From NCBI GenBank assembly GCA_031411955.1, contig JANOCC010000038.1:21370-85369 (forward strand): a stretch of DNA of 64,000 bases, read 5' to 3'. Positions 9,664-19,202 of this stretch are shown here, in pieces. The notes under the pieces were generated by a model. The model ran no database searches and had not been told where the DNA came from. It was given only the letters and a program-made list of their open reading frames with translations. The position numbers were made by a program, and so were the translations under genes. The number at the start of each line of letters is the position of its first letter. Within the stretch, counting starts at the first letter, position 1. Source of the stretch: Ferruginibacter sp. GTDB taxonomy: Bacteria > Bacteroidota > Bacteroidia > Chitinophagales > Chitinophagaceae.

Positions 9664-10785
9664 TTAAATGGTAGGGATCACTTCATTCTTGTGGCCATCC
9701 ACATCATCGTGCCCACCTTCAAATGATTGCCCGATAAAAACCGCTGTTAAATTGGTAAAAATAAAGGCCTGTATGAATGCTACTAATATTTCAATAAAGT
9801 AGATGAATACAGTAAACAATATGGAAATCGGCGAAAATCCCCAACCTGCCCCTTTGTTCATTTCGCCAAAAATAAAGATCAGGGAAATGAAACTAAGGAT
9901 AATAATATGACCTGCCACCATATTGGCAAAGAGACGAATAATAAGTGCTGCTGGTTTAATGATCAAAACGCCCGCAACTTCCACGGGTATTAAGATAATT
10001 TTTACGCCTAACGGAACACCCGGAGGCCAGAATATATGGCCCCAGAAATGGGAATTGGTACTAAAAAGTATCACTACCAGTGAAATAATACCTAACACCG
10101 CTGTAAAAGCGGTATTTCCTGTTACGTTTGCGGACCCTGGGATCAATCCAAAGATATTGTTGATTAGTATAAAAAAGAAAACAGTTAAAAGGTAAGGCAG
10201 GTATTTATTCCATTTTTTGCCGAGGTTGGGTTTAGCCACATCGTCTCTCACAAAAGTAATCACTGGTTCCATTACATTTTGCCAGCCTTTCGGAGCTGTT
10301 GTTACTCCCTGTCCGCTCCTGTATTTTTTCGCAATTCCTGTCATCAATAAAACTAATACCGCCAACGCAATGAACATCTGCACTACATTCTTGGTAAGAG
10401 AAAAGTCATAAACGGCAGAGCCGTCGGTTGCAATAATGTTTCCTTCCTGAAGTTTATAACCATTGTATTCTACTTCGCCTTCATGACCAAAGCGGGATGA
10501 TGAAAAGGTACTCAGACCTTTAGATGGCGAGTACAAAATTACAGGTAAAGGTATGGTTGCATGAAAATGGCCAACAGTAAAAAAATGGAACTCATGGGCA
10601 TCTTTGATGTGGTCCATGATGATCTTGGCTGGATCTAACTTTCCCTCGGCCTTTTCAATGTGTTCTCCGGCGGCTTCTACAGGATGATCCTGTGCGAAAG
10701 CATTCCCGGAAAACACAACTAAAGTTAGGCTGAAAACCGCTACCAGTAATGATTTGATGCTCTTTGCTGCCATATCTGTCCTCAA
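9664..10785 (-). CDS. atpB: F0F1 ATP synthase subunit a (long Bacteroidota form with N-terminal extension)
   Basis: The C-terminal core contains LFANMVAGH (the conserved Arg-containing helix) and multiple TM segments. It has an N-terminal signal-like segment. The true start may be the second Met, at nt 10773. Confidence 0.85.
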   Translation of the reverse strand: MRTDMAAKSIKSLLVAVFSLTLVVFSGNAFAQDHPVEAAGEHIEKAEGKLDPAKIIMDHIKDAHEFHFFTVGHFHATIPLPVILYSPSKGLSTFSSSRFGHEGEVEYNGYKLQEGNIIATDGSAVYDFSLTKNVVQMFIALAVLVLLMTGIAKKYRSGQGVTTAPKGWQNVMEPVITFVRDDVAKPNLGKKWNKYLPYLLTVFFFILINNIFGLIPGSANVTGNTAFTAVLGIISLVVILFSTNSHFWGHIFWPPGVPLGVKIILIPVEVAGVLIIKPAALIIRLFANMVAGHIIILSFISLIFIFGEMNKGAGWGFSPISILFTVFIYFIEILVAFIQAFIFTNLTAVFIGQSFEGGHDDVDGHKNEVIPTI

Positions 10786-11015
10786 TTTTGGCGCAAAGAT
10801 AAGGCTGCAGGAGGGAAATTAAAAATTAGATAGGAAGAATTTAAAAATTGGGGTATAATTCCGCTGAATTTTGAAGGAATTGGTTTTAATTGATATAAGA
10901 TTTCGGAATTTTAGCTGATTTCGTTGGAAGACTAAGTTCTATTATTGGCTGCGACTTTTTAAGATCAGGTAAATAAAGATCGTATTTTGTAAGGATTTCC
11001 TATGACTTTTTCCCT

Positions 11016-11178
11016 CAGATTTAAGGAGATGTTTCCCGCAGATGTTAAGGAGATGTATCCCGCAGATTTTAAGGAGATGTTTCCCGCAGATTTTAAGGAG
11101 ATGTTTTCGCAGATTTTAAGGGGATGTCTTCGCAGATTTAAGGAGATATTTCACGCAGATTTTAAGGGGATACTTACA
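11016..11178. repeat. Seven-copy head-to-tail tandem repeat of 23/24 nt (consensus cagattttaaggagatgtttcccg)
   Basis: Copies lie at 11016-11038, 11039-11062, 11063-11086, 11087-11109, 11110-11132, 11133-11155 and 11156-11178. Sequence divergence increases toward the right end. Confidence 0.9.
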
Positions 11179-11219
11179 TCAGGCATAAAAAAAAGTAACA
11201 TGTATAACAATTGCCGGGT

Positions 11220-13037
11220 TTAGGATGCAATTTGAGATGATGCCTGGTTCTGAAATTGCATTCTATGAAGTTCATAATAAAATCCCTGCTTCTGAATAAG
11301 TTCGTCGTGAGAACCGATCTCTTTGATCTCTCCTTTATCCAAAACTAATATTTTATCTGCTTTGCGTATGGTGCTGAGACGATGTGCAATTACTATCGAG
11401 GTGCGGCCATAGATCAGTTTATCTATTGCCTGTTGAAGCAACGATTCACTTTCTGAATCTATCGAAGACGTTGCTTCATCGAGTATCAATATAGCAGGGT
11501 CATATAAAAGCGCTCTCACAAAAGATAATAACTGCCGCTGCCCCATCGACAGCGTGGCACCTCTTTCCATCACATTGTAATCATACCCTCCCGGTAACCG
11601 CATTATAAAATCATGCAACCCGATCAACTTCGCAGCCCTTACAACTTCTTCTTTACTAATTTCTGTATTCCTTAATGTAACATTATCCATTACCGAACCG
11701 CTGAATAAAAAAACATCCTGTAACACGACGCCAATCTTTGCTCTTAAAAAATCGAGTTCGTAGTTGTCAATATTTTTACCATCAATTTCAATACTGCCTT
11801 TTTGGATTTTATACAACCTGTTAATTAGGCTGATGATAGACGTTTTTCCACTTCCGGTATGCCCAACTATTGCAATTGTTTTTCCTGCCGCGATATCAAA
11901 TGAAATGTTTTTAAGAACGTATTGTTCGTCGATATAAGCAAATGAAACATTCTTAAATGCAATATGACCTTCAATTTTTTCAGGCATCAGTTGTCCTTTG
12001 TCTGCCATCACGTCATCATTATCTAACACCTTAAAAACCCTTTCACTGGCAATCATCCCCATCTGCAGTACATTAAATTTATCTGCAATCACCCTCAATG
12101 GCCTGAACAATAAATTAAGGCATAAGATAAAAGCAGTAATAATGCCCGCAACATTCTTTGCTTCTGCCGGTGAAACCAGCAGCGATTCTTTTGCAGCCCA
12201 CCAAACCAACAATCCAATCGATAGCGCAGAAACAAGTTCTACCACAGGAAAGAAAATTGAATAGGCGAAAATGGCTTTTATATTGGCATTTCGATGTTGC
12301 TTATTTATCTTTTTAAACTTTTCCTGTTCCCGGTCTTCCGCTGCAAAAGCCTGTACCAGAGACATGCCGGTTATATGCTCCTGCACAAATGCATTGAGGC
12401 TGGCCACAGCATTGCGAACATTAATAAATGATCTATTTACACTCTCTTTAAAAAAATAAGTGGCTACAATTAAAAATGGAAATGGCACAAGGCAAACCAG
12501 CGTTAACCGCCAGTCGGCCCAAAACATATAAGTTAGTACAGAAATAATTGATAGCAAATCTGCTATGATAGGTATCAACCCTTCGCTGAAAATATCATTC
12601 ACCGATTCAATATCATTGATGGTACGAGTTGTTAAAGTACCGATAGGAGTTTTATCAAACTGGGACAAATTGAGTCGTAAAATTTTCTGATAAGTAGATG
12701 TCCGAAGGTCTTTTACAACACTCTGGCCTAACGAAGCTGTAGTAAAAGTAAAATAAAACCTCGTGGCCGTTTCTATCAGAAGCAACAGTATTTGTATAAT
12801 GGTAATCTCAATAATAAAACCACCCGCACCTTTTAAAAAATAAGCGGCAGCGTTTTCCTTTATTCCAACGTTAATTGTGAGCTGAATTAACAACGGCCGT
12901 AACGGAGCCATCAGAGCGAGTACCAACGAAAGAAATAATGAAATGTAAAATTTATTTTTATAAGGAGCTGCAAATTTAAAAACCCTTGTTAGTAGCGAGA
13001 TATTAAATACTTTTTTTGCCGGAGAACCATTGCTCAT
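11220..13037 (-). CDS. ABC transporter, fused permease/ATP-binding protein (MsbA/multidrug exporter type)
   Basis: A six-TM N-terminal domain, Walker A GHTGSGKTS, signature LSMGQRQL and Walker B ILILDEATS. Confidence 0.85.
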   Translation of the reverse strand: MSNGSPAKKVFNISLLTRVFKFAAPYKNKFYISLFLSLVLALMAPLRPLLIQLTINVGIKENAAAYFLKGAGGFIIEITIIQILLLLIETATRFYFTFTTASLGQSVVKDLRTSTYQKILRLNLSQFDKTPIGTLTTRTINDIESVNDIFSEGLIPIIADLLSIISVLTYMFWADWRLTLVCLVPFPFLIVATYFFKESVNRSFINVRNAVASLNAFVQEHITGMSLVQAFAAEDREQEKFKKINKQHRNANIKAIFAYSIFFPVVELVSALSIGLLVWWAAKESLLVSPAEAKNVAGIITAFILCLNLLFRPLRVIADKFNVLQMGMIASERVFKVLDNDDVMADKGQLMPEKIEGHIAFKNVSFAYIDEQYVLKNISFDIAAGKTIAIVGHTGSGKTSIISLINRLYKIQKGSIEIDGKNIDNYELDFLRAKIGVVLQDVFLFSGSVMDNVTLRNTEISKEEVVRAAKLIGLHDFIMRLPGGYDYNVMERGATLSMGQRQLLSFVRALLYDPAILILDEATSSIDSESESLLQQAIDKLIYGRTSIVIAHRLSTIRKADKILVLDKGEIKEIGSHDELIQKQGFYYELHRMQFQNQASSQIAS

Positions 13038-13119
13038 AAAACAAAGTTAGGTAGAATGGGTGATGTTGAACAGATGATATTGTTTGTGATAGATCTTGAT
13101 TCCGATAATTATAATGTTG

Positions 13120-15333
13120 CTACAATGATTCTAGCTTCTTATTATAAGCCTTAATGAATATTGCAGCCAGATTTTTATAAGGTGGAATATAATCATCCCA
13201 ACTGTCGCGTTTTTCCCTGCTTGGATCTTTAGAAAACGTTTTTGATAATGTAAACCACATATCTTTCCAAACTACCTTGTTTCCGGTAAGCATCGATTGG
13301 CTTAAATAATTCTGAATAGGTTGGGTAATTTGACCGGTGCCTATTTCCTTGGTAGAAATAATATGTGCATCAGGGCAAATTTCTAATATCTGGTTTAAAT
13401 TTTTGTATCCTCCGCAAGAACCCAGCACAACAATTCTGGCATCACCCGGCATCCGGTCAATCGTTCCCGGCAGCCAGTAACTATGGCCCCTGTGAACCAC
13501 AACAGAAGGTTGAAGCCCATTTGCTTCCAGGTAACGGTTAAGGTGAACCTGGGCGCTGTCATCCAGGTTGGCATCATTGTCCAGTGGCCTGTTTGCAAAT
13601 ATCCACACATTTCCTTTTAAAGATTTGATCTCATACCATTCTTTCTTTTGAGTTACTTTCCATTCCCTGGAAGAGAAAGAATTTATAAACCCGGGGAAAT
13701 GTAATTTTCCATCTTCATCCCCGTAGAAAAAAACCTGTTGTACTATCCTACCACTATCATCCTGCAGGTTCTTATTTTGTATCTCATAGATAGAGGGAAT
13801 GCCCAACGCCGCAGTTAGATCTATACCATTGGTACTGTCGGCAGACAAGAAAATATCTTTTAGCAATCCATAGATCACTGTTCCCTTAACATTGTTTGCT
13901 GCAATACTTTGCTGCTCGTTCTGTATAACGTTTTTCAGGATGGTTTCCTGTAATTTTTTATCATTGATGCTACTGTAAGAATCAGCTACATCCGTTGCGT
14001 CTTCCAGGTTATTGCCTTTATCAAGGTTTGCCACAAAAGCCTTCATCAATAATTCAGAATTTTCGGCAGGCATGGTTCTTAAAAATGTATCAAGTTTATT
14101 ATAATTAGCTGCCATTTTAATGAACTTCTTAAAATAATCAAACTGCACATTCATCAACAATGAATCCCCCCGCTGGCCTGTGCCCATTTTTTGCAACATC
14201 CTGTTGAAGCTATGTTTATAACTGGATGTGTAAATATCATTCTCGCCCATCACCATCATATAGTACAATTCCTCGGCAGACAAAGGATCTATTGCCTTCA
14301 TACGTACTGCCAGATTACTCTGGTCGTGCAATGAATTGATAGGTGTAATAAAATGTTCAAGTGCTTTCTTTCCTAAAACTTCCCTCAATCCATTGGCGCC
14401 AAACATAGCAATGGCAGTATCGCGTGCGGGTGATGTCATCCTGCTGTAATAACTGATCTCTGTTTTTACGAGTAATTTAAAGTAACCAACACTATCGTAA
14501 CCTTTTTCTCCACTAACATATTTTTTTATGCTATCCACTGTTTTTTTACCAGACAAAAGGTCATCTAAAAACGGAAAATACCAAAGTGCATTGGGAGTTT
14601 CACTCAGCTTTGCCACCGCCATCACCATCCTGTTGTTGTTACGATGAATCAGTTTCCCTTCCGGGGAATTTCCGGATTGTGCGTAAGAATATAGTTGCAC
14701 CGGGTTTGCAATGCAGGCCAATACAACCAGGCTATCTGCGAATGGTTCGTTGATATACGGCCTTATAGATTGCAAAATTTTATCGGGGTTGGCTGCACAA
14801 AATTTTTGGTAAACTATGTTTTTCGCTTCCTGATAACCCGGATTATCGAAAAATATTTCCGTATTGATCTTAGCTATCGGGTACGAAACAACCTGTATGT
14901 GAGAAACCATGCTATATCCCTGTACCTGTGCTTTCATGATCTGCTCAAAATTCTCAAGCAGTGCTATAAAGTCTATTGGATTTATGTCTTTCTTTTTCCA
15001 GTCAATCCTGAAATCCTTTAAAACATTTTCAATGTAACTGAGATAGCGGATCTTCTCATTGTTGTTTATGATCTGGTCATTGGCTTCAACCCACAATTGC
15101 AATTCATCTACTTTTCTAAAAAGCGCATCGGTGAGGCGAAGGTTTACCTCGTCATTATTATTAACGTGCAGGATACTATCGTATTTACCATCTGCCTTAT
15201 CGCAAAGTTTTTGCTGGGCATCTATCTTATCATGAAAATATCTTCGTTGCAATGGTATCATCACCGTATCTGCAGCGGCATAGGTATCCACCGCAGCAGT
15301 AAACAATAAAATAAACAGGTAAATAATTTTCAT
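13120..15333 (-). CDS. Uncharacterised secreted protein (~737 aa mature ORF) with a possible C-terminal His/Cys hydrolase-like domain
   Basis: The long ORF has good coding character. The signal peptide MKIIYLFILLFTAAVDTYAAA suggests the second Met as the start; the first Met is at 15351. I recognise no family. The C-terminus reads VVVHRGHSYW...IVVLGSCGGY. Confidence 0.6.
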   Translation of the reverse strand: MKIIYLFILLFTAAVDTYAAADTVMIPLQRRYFHDKIDAQQKLCDKADGKYDSILHVNNNDEVNLRLTDALFRKVDELQLWVEANDQIINNNEKIRYLSYIENVLKDFRIDWKKKDINPIDFIALLENFEQIMKAQVQGYSMVSHIQVVSYPIAKINTEIFFDNPGYQEAKNIVYQKFCAANPDKILQSIRPYINEPFADSLVVLACIANPVQLYSYAQSGNSPEGKLIHRNNNRMVMAVAKLSETPNALWYFPFLDDLLSGKKTVDSIKKYVSGEKGYDSVGYFKLLVKTEISYYSRMTSPARDTAIAMFGANGLREVLGKKALEHFITPINSLHDQSNLAVRMKAIDPLSAEELYYMMVMGENDIYTSSYKHSFNRMLQKMGTGQRGDSLLMNVQFDYFKKFIKMAANYNKLDTFLRTMPAENSELLMKAFVANLDKGNNLEDATDVADSYSSINDKKLQETILKNVIQNEQQSIAANNVKGTVIYGLLKDIFLSADSTNGIDLTAALGIPSIYEIQNKNLQDDSGRIVQQVFFYGDEDGKLHFPGFINSFSSREWKVTQKKEWYEIKSLKGNVWIFANRPLDNDANLDDSAQVHLNRYLEANGLQPSVVVHRGHSYWLPGTIDRMPGDARIVVLGSCGGYKNLNQILEICPDAHIISTKEIGTGQITQPIQNYLSQSMLTGNKVVWKDMWFTLSKTFSKDPSREKRDSWDDYIPPYKNLAAIFIKAYNKKLESL

Positions 15334-15480
15334 ATGCGGTTCCTGATGCAAATATGGTGCAATTTTGCCGTATTGAGCATGGCTTACATGCCAAATTATT
15401 GCGTTCCCGTTAACAATTTAATAATACTATAACTTTCAATTAACCTTTACTTGCTAGCCCTGATATGCTAATTTTGTGCC

Positions 15481-16161
15481 ATGAACAATGGTAAAAAAAT
15501 CTTAATTGCTGATGACGAGCCGGATATCCTTGAAATCATTCAGTTTAACCTGCAGACGGAAGGGTACGAGGTAGTAACTGCCAGGAACGGAGATGAAGCC
15601 ATTGAAAAAGCAAAGAAATTTTTGCCAGATCTCATCATTCTTGACATTATGATGCCTGGTAAAAACGGTATAGAAGTTTGTAACCTTTTGCGTAAACAGC
15701 CGGCTTTTAAAGATACGCTCATCATTTTCCTTACTGCCATGAGTGATGAGAATACAGAGATTCGCGGGCTGGAATCGGGGGCAGATGATTACCTTACAAA
15801 ACCCATCAGCCCTAAAGTTTTGATTAGCAAAGTGAATGCGCTTTTCCGCAGGATAAACGTGGTAAAACAGGATACAGGCGTAGTTACCATTGGCGATCTT
15901 ACCATCGACAGGGAGAAATACAATATAAGATTTCGTGGAGAAGATATTATATTGGCCAGAAAAGAGTTTGAACTACTTTCCTTGCTGGCTTCTAAACCCG
16001 GAAAAGTGTTTTTGCGCAATGAGATACTTAACCAGATCTGGGGAACAGAAGTTATCGTTGGAGACCGTACTATTGATGTACATATCCGAAAGATCAGGCA
16101 AAAACTTGACCTTGATTGCATCACTACAGTTAAGGGTGTAGGGTATAAATTTGAAATGTAA
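15481..16161 (+). CDS. OmpR/PhoB-family response regulator (receiver plus winged-helix DNA-binding domain)
   Basis: KILIADDEPDILE...DLIILDIMMPG...LTAM...KP, followed by the C-terminal RTIDVHIRKIRQKL...VKGVGYKF. Confidence 0.9.
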   Translation: MNNGKKILIADDEPDILEIIQFNLQTEGYEVVTARNGDEAIEKAKKFLPDLIILDIMMPGKNGIEVCNLLRKQPAFKDTLIIFLTAMSDENTEIRGLESGADDYLTKPISPKVLISKVNALFRRINVVKQDTGVVTIGDLTIDREKYNIRFRGEDIILARKEFELLSLLASKPGKVFLRNEILNQIWGTEVIVGDRTIDVHIRKIRQKLDLDCITTVKGVGYKFEM

Positions 16162-16352
16162 TGAGCAGCTGTAAGTAATTTTTACCGCCTCGTTTATATT
16201 AGATCGTAATGAAAATGTGAAATGCCCGTTTCGTCATTATCCACAAACACTTGAGATAACTTTTTTAAAAGAAACTTTAAACCAGGCATTTTTATAAAAA
16301 TTCTTCTCTACTTAGAATTAAACTTATAGCTTGCAGTTAACAGCTATTATTC

Positions 16353-17396
16353 ATGCTTTCACAAAAAAACTTAAGTCCACAACAACTGGCTGCGCTGGCC
16401 GGCCTGTCGTTAGCATTTCCTGTTAGCTTTGCAATTCTATATTTGAAGCCGGTATGGTGGGTAGCACTCATTGCTTTTGTGATTGTTTTTGCCGGCAGTT
16501 ACGGTCTGATATTATTTACCCTGCAAACATTCATCTACAGGAAAATAAAACTCATTTACAAACTTATCTATCAAACGAAAGCCAGTAAAAGAGAAGAATT
16601 TTATTACAAGAATATCTTACCGCAAAAAACCATTGATGAAGTAAGGGAAGATGTGGAAGCATGGGCACGGCAGCGAAAAGTAGAAATTGAAATTCTGCAG
16701 AAAAATGAGATCTTCCGGAAAGAATTTCTTCAGAATCTGAGTCACGAATTGAAGACACCAATTTTTTCTATACAGGGTTATGTTGATACTTTACTAAACG
16801 GTGCTTTGTTTAATAATGAAGTGAATACGAAGTTTTTAAAAAGTACTGCCCGTAATGTAGAAAGACTTGTAAACCTGGTAGACGATCTTGATGAGATCTC
16901 GAAACTGGAAAGCGGCGAACAGGAGTTATACCTTCAGAATTTTATTATTCAGGATCTATTAAAAGATGTGTATGACTCGCTGGAGATCAAAACGAAGGAA
17001 AAAGACATCCGTTGTATAATAAAAAAAGGATGCGAATTGCCATTGAATGTATATGCAGATAAGGAAAAGATAAGGCAGGTGCTGATAAACCTGGTAGACA
17101 ATGCTATAAAATATGGTAAAAATAATGGCATTGTGGAAGCAAGTTTTTACAATGTAGATGGAAAAAATGTTTTGATAGAGATTAGTGACGACGGAGCAGG
17201 AATTGCTGAGGAGCACCTGCCCAGGATATTTGAACGGTTTTACAGAACAGATCTTGCGAGGAGTCGCAAGGTAGGTGGCAGCGGTTTAGGATTGTCTATT
17301 TGCAAACATATTATTGAAGCCCATCACCAGGCTATTCATGTACGCAGTAAGATTGATGTAGGTACAACTTTCGGTTTTTCGTTAAAAGCCAAATAG
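16353..17396 (+). CDS. Sensor histidine kinase (PhoR/EnvZ-like, two N-terminal TM segments)
   Basis: H-box FLQNLSHELKTP, N-box LINLVDNAIKYG, and G-boxes DDGAGI and GGSGLGLSICKHI. Confidence 0.9.
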   Translation: MLSQKNLSPQQLAALAGLSLAFPVSFAILYLKPVWWVALIAFVIVFAGSYGLILFTLQTFIYRKIKLIYKLIYQTKASKREEFYYKNILPQKTIDEVREDVEAWARQRKVEIEILQKNEIFRKEFLQNLSHELKTPIFSIQGYVDTLLNGALFNNEVNTKFLKSTARNVERLVNLVDDLDEISKLESGEQELYLQNFIIQDLLKDVYDSLEIKTKEKDIRCIIKKGCELPLNVYADKEKIRQVLINLVDNAIKYGKNNGIVEASFYNVDGKNVLIEISDDGAGIAEEHLPRIFERFYRTDLARSRKVGGSGLGLSICKHIIEAHHQAIHVRSKIDVGTTFGFSLKAK

Positions 17397-17456
17397 AAGT
17401 AATAAAGCAAATCAATCTGTAACGGCTGTATCTTAAACTCCCCCTCACTTATACCC

Positions 17457-17492
17457 ATAAAAAAATCCGCTAACAACAAAGTATTAGCGGAT
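17457..17492 (-). terminator. Rho-independent terminator after the OmpA-family gene (possibly also serving the convergent kinase gene)
   Basis: atccgctaa / 10-nt loop / ttagcggat gives a 9-bp stem. It is followed by a T-run on the minus strand. Confidence 0.7.
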
Positions 17493-17514
17493 CATTATAT
17501 TTTAAAAGCCTCCC

Positions 17515-19152
17515 TTACTTTCTAATTATCTTAAATTCAACCCTACGGTTTTGCTGACGGCCGGCTTCTGTATTATTATTTGCAACTGGCTTGGTTTCTC
17601 CATAACCTCTTGAAACGATCCTTCCTGCAGCGATACCTTTTGAAAGCAGGTATTCCCTAACAGATTTTGCACGATCATCAGAGAGAATAATATTTTTGCT
17701 GTAACCTCCGATCTTATCTGTGTGTGCCGATAATTCAATCTCCATTGAAGGGTTTGATTTAAGAACATTCACCACTTTATTTAACTCAGTGTAAGATTCT
17801 GCACGGATAATGGTTTTAGCAAAATCAAAGAGGATCTTAATACCTACGATCTGTCCTGGTTCAATTGGATTTTCATCAAGCCCTATACCCTGCTCAAGGC
17901 TATCCAGGTCTCTGCGTATTTCATTGCCATCTTTATCTCTTCCCATTTTAGCCAGCAAACCAGTATCAACCGGTGTTAGGTAAAGATCTCTGTGCATTTC
18001 TTTATAAGAACCCATCTTCACCAAATCTAGTGTATCTAACACAGAAAAGAAATTATCTGCAGATGCTCTCAGGCTATATTTTTTACCGTAAGGAAGCGTT
18101 ACTTTAAAACTACCATCAGGGCTGGAAATTGAATTTCCTTCGCTTGTTTCGCCTGGTATTAAATCATAAAATAGTTTCGCACTCATTTTTTCTTTGGTAA
18201 TGGCATTGAAAACCTGTCCGTAAACCAATACAACTGTTTTAGGCCTCTGCAGTTCGCTCAGTTTAATTTTTGCAATATCGTTACCACCCAATGAACCCTG
18301 TGTTGTAGCCAGGTAAGCGTACTCGCCATTGGCATCAAGTGCAAAGTATGCATCCCATTTTGCTGTATTAATGGTATCTCCCATATTTATCGGCTGGCTC
18401 CATTTTTTCCATGAATCGTCCAGGCGCTTAGCCATCCAGATGTCGTGTTCTCCTAATCCACCGGGGCGGTCGCTGGAGAAATACAAGGTAGTTCCATCAG
18501 CAGCTAGTGTAGGTGATAATTCATCGTAATTTTCTGTATTAATCGTTTCGCCCAGGCTTTCAGGCCTTGTCCATTCGTCATTATCAGTAAGCCTGCTTAC
18601 ATAGATATCATTGAGGTAGCTATTCTTCTCTTCAGAAAAATAAAGCAGCAGGGTTTTGCCATCATTACCAAGGAAAGCGCCTGAGTAAATATCCTGCGAC
18701 ATCCTGTCGTAATCTTTAATTTTCAGCATTTGGGGCTGCGACCATCCTGTTTCAGTTTTTGTTACCATAGAAACACCACGGCCAACAAATTTTCCATTTT
18801 GATATGCACCGCGAATGAGCAACCTGTTTCCATCTGGCGACACCCAGAATACAGCGTTTTCACGCAGGTCGTTTAGCGGGGCAGGCGCATGAATAGCGGC
18901 GCCCCATTTTCCGGTTGTTGTATCCAGTACTGAGTACCAGATATCCTGTGCTTTCTTATCCTCTTTAAATTTTGAATTGGCCGGATTTCCTTCCACAACA
19001 AAATAAAGCAGTCTGCCATCTGCAGATATGGTTGGCCTCACCTCATGGTAAATTGAATTTACCTGGTTACCTAAATTCTCTACAGATGTTTGCGCATATG
19101 CGTTGCAGGAAGCAATCAATATGAGAGCATTTAAAAATATATTTTTCCTCAT
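17515..19152 (-). CDS. PorE-like outer-membrane lipoprotein: TolB-type beta-propeller, carboxypeptidase-regulatory-like domain and OmpA_C peptidoglycan-binding domain
   Basis: Lipobox LIASC. PD40-like repeats SADGRLLYF, SPDGNRLL, GNDGKTLL and AADGTTLYFSSDRPGG. CRD-like segment VYGQVFNAITKE...SFKVTLPYGKKYSLRASA. C-terminal OmpA motif ILFDFAK...SAHTD...LSDDRAKSV...GYGE..P...N....GRQQNRRVEF. Confidence 0.75.
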   Translation of the reverse strand: MRKNIFLNALILIASCNAYAQTSVENLGNQVNSIYHEVRPTISADGRLLYFVVEGNPANSKFKEDKKAQDIWYSVLDTTTGKWGAAIHAPAPLNDLRENAVFWVSPDGNRLLIRGAYQNGKFVGRGVSMVTKTETGWSQPQMLKIKDYDRMSQDIYSGAFLGNDGKTLLLYFSEEKNSYLNDIYVSRLTDNDEWTRPESLGETINTENYDELSPTLAADGTTLYFSSDRPGGLGEHDIWMAKRLDDSWKKWSQPINMGDTINTAKWDAYFALDANGEYAYLATTQGSLGGNDIAKIKLSELQRPKTVVLVYGQVFNAITKEKMSAKLFYDLIPGETSEGNSISSPDGSFKVTLPYGKKYSLRASADNFFSVLDTLDLVKMGSYKEMHRDLYLTPVDTGLLAKMGRDKDGNEIRRDLDSLEQGIGLDENPIEPGQIVGIKILFDFAKTIIRAESYTELNKVVNVLKSNPSMEIELSAHTDKIGGYSKNIILSDDRAKSVREYLLSKGIAAGRIVSRGYGETKPVANNNTEAGRQQNRRVEFKIIRK

Positions 19153-19202
19153 GTTATTTTTGGATGGTTTTATTTTGGAAGTTTTATTTTATCAGCTTGA
19201 TT

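Noticed and set aside
11016-11178. Possible CRISPR array
   Set aside because: The units are directly adjacent with no spacers, they are only 23-24 nt long, and no cas genes occur in the window.
11002-11223. 73-aa ORF with an apparently periodic peptide (FPADFKEM repeats)
   Set aside because: It is generated by the 23/24-nt tandem repeat. The mixed unit lengths shift the frame after the third copy and the peptide periodicity is lost, so non-coding repeat DNA explains it better.
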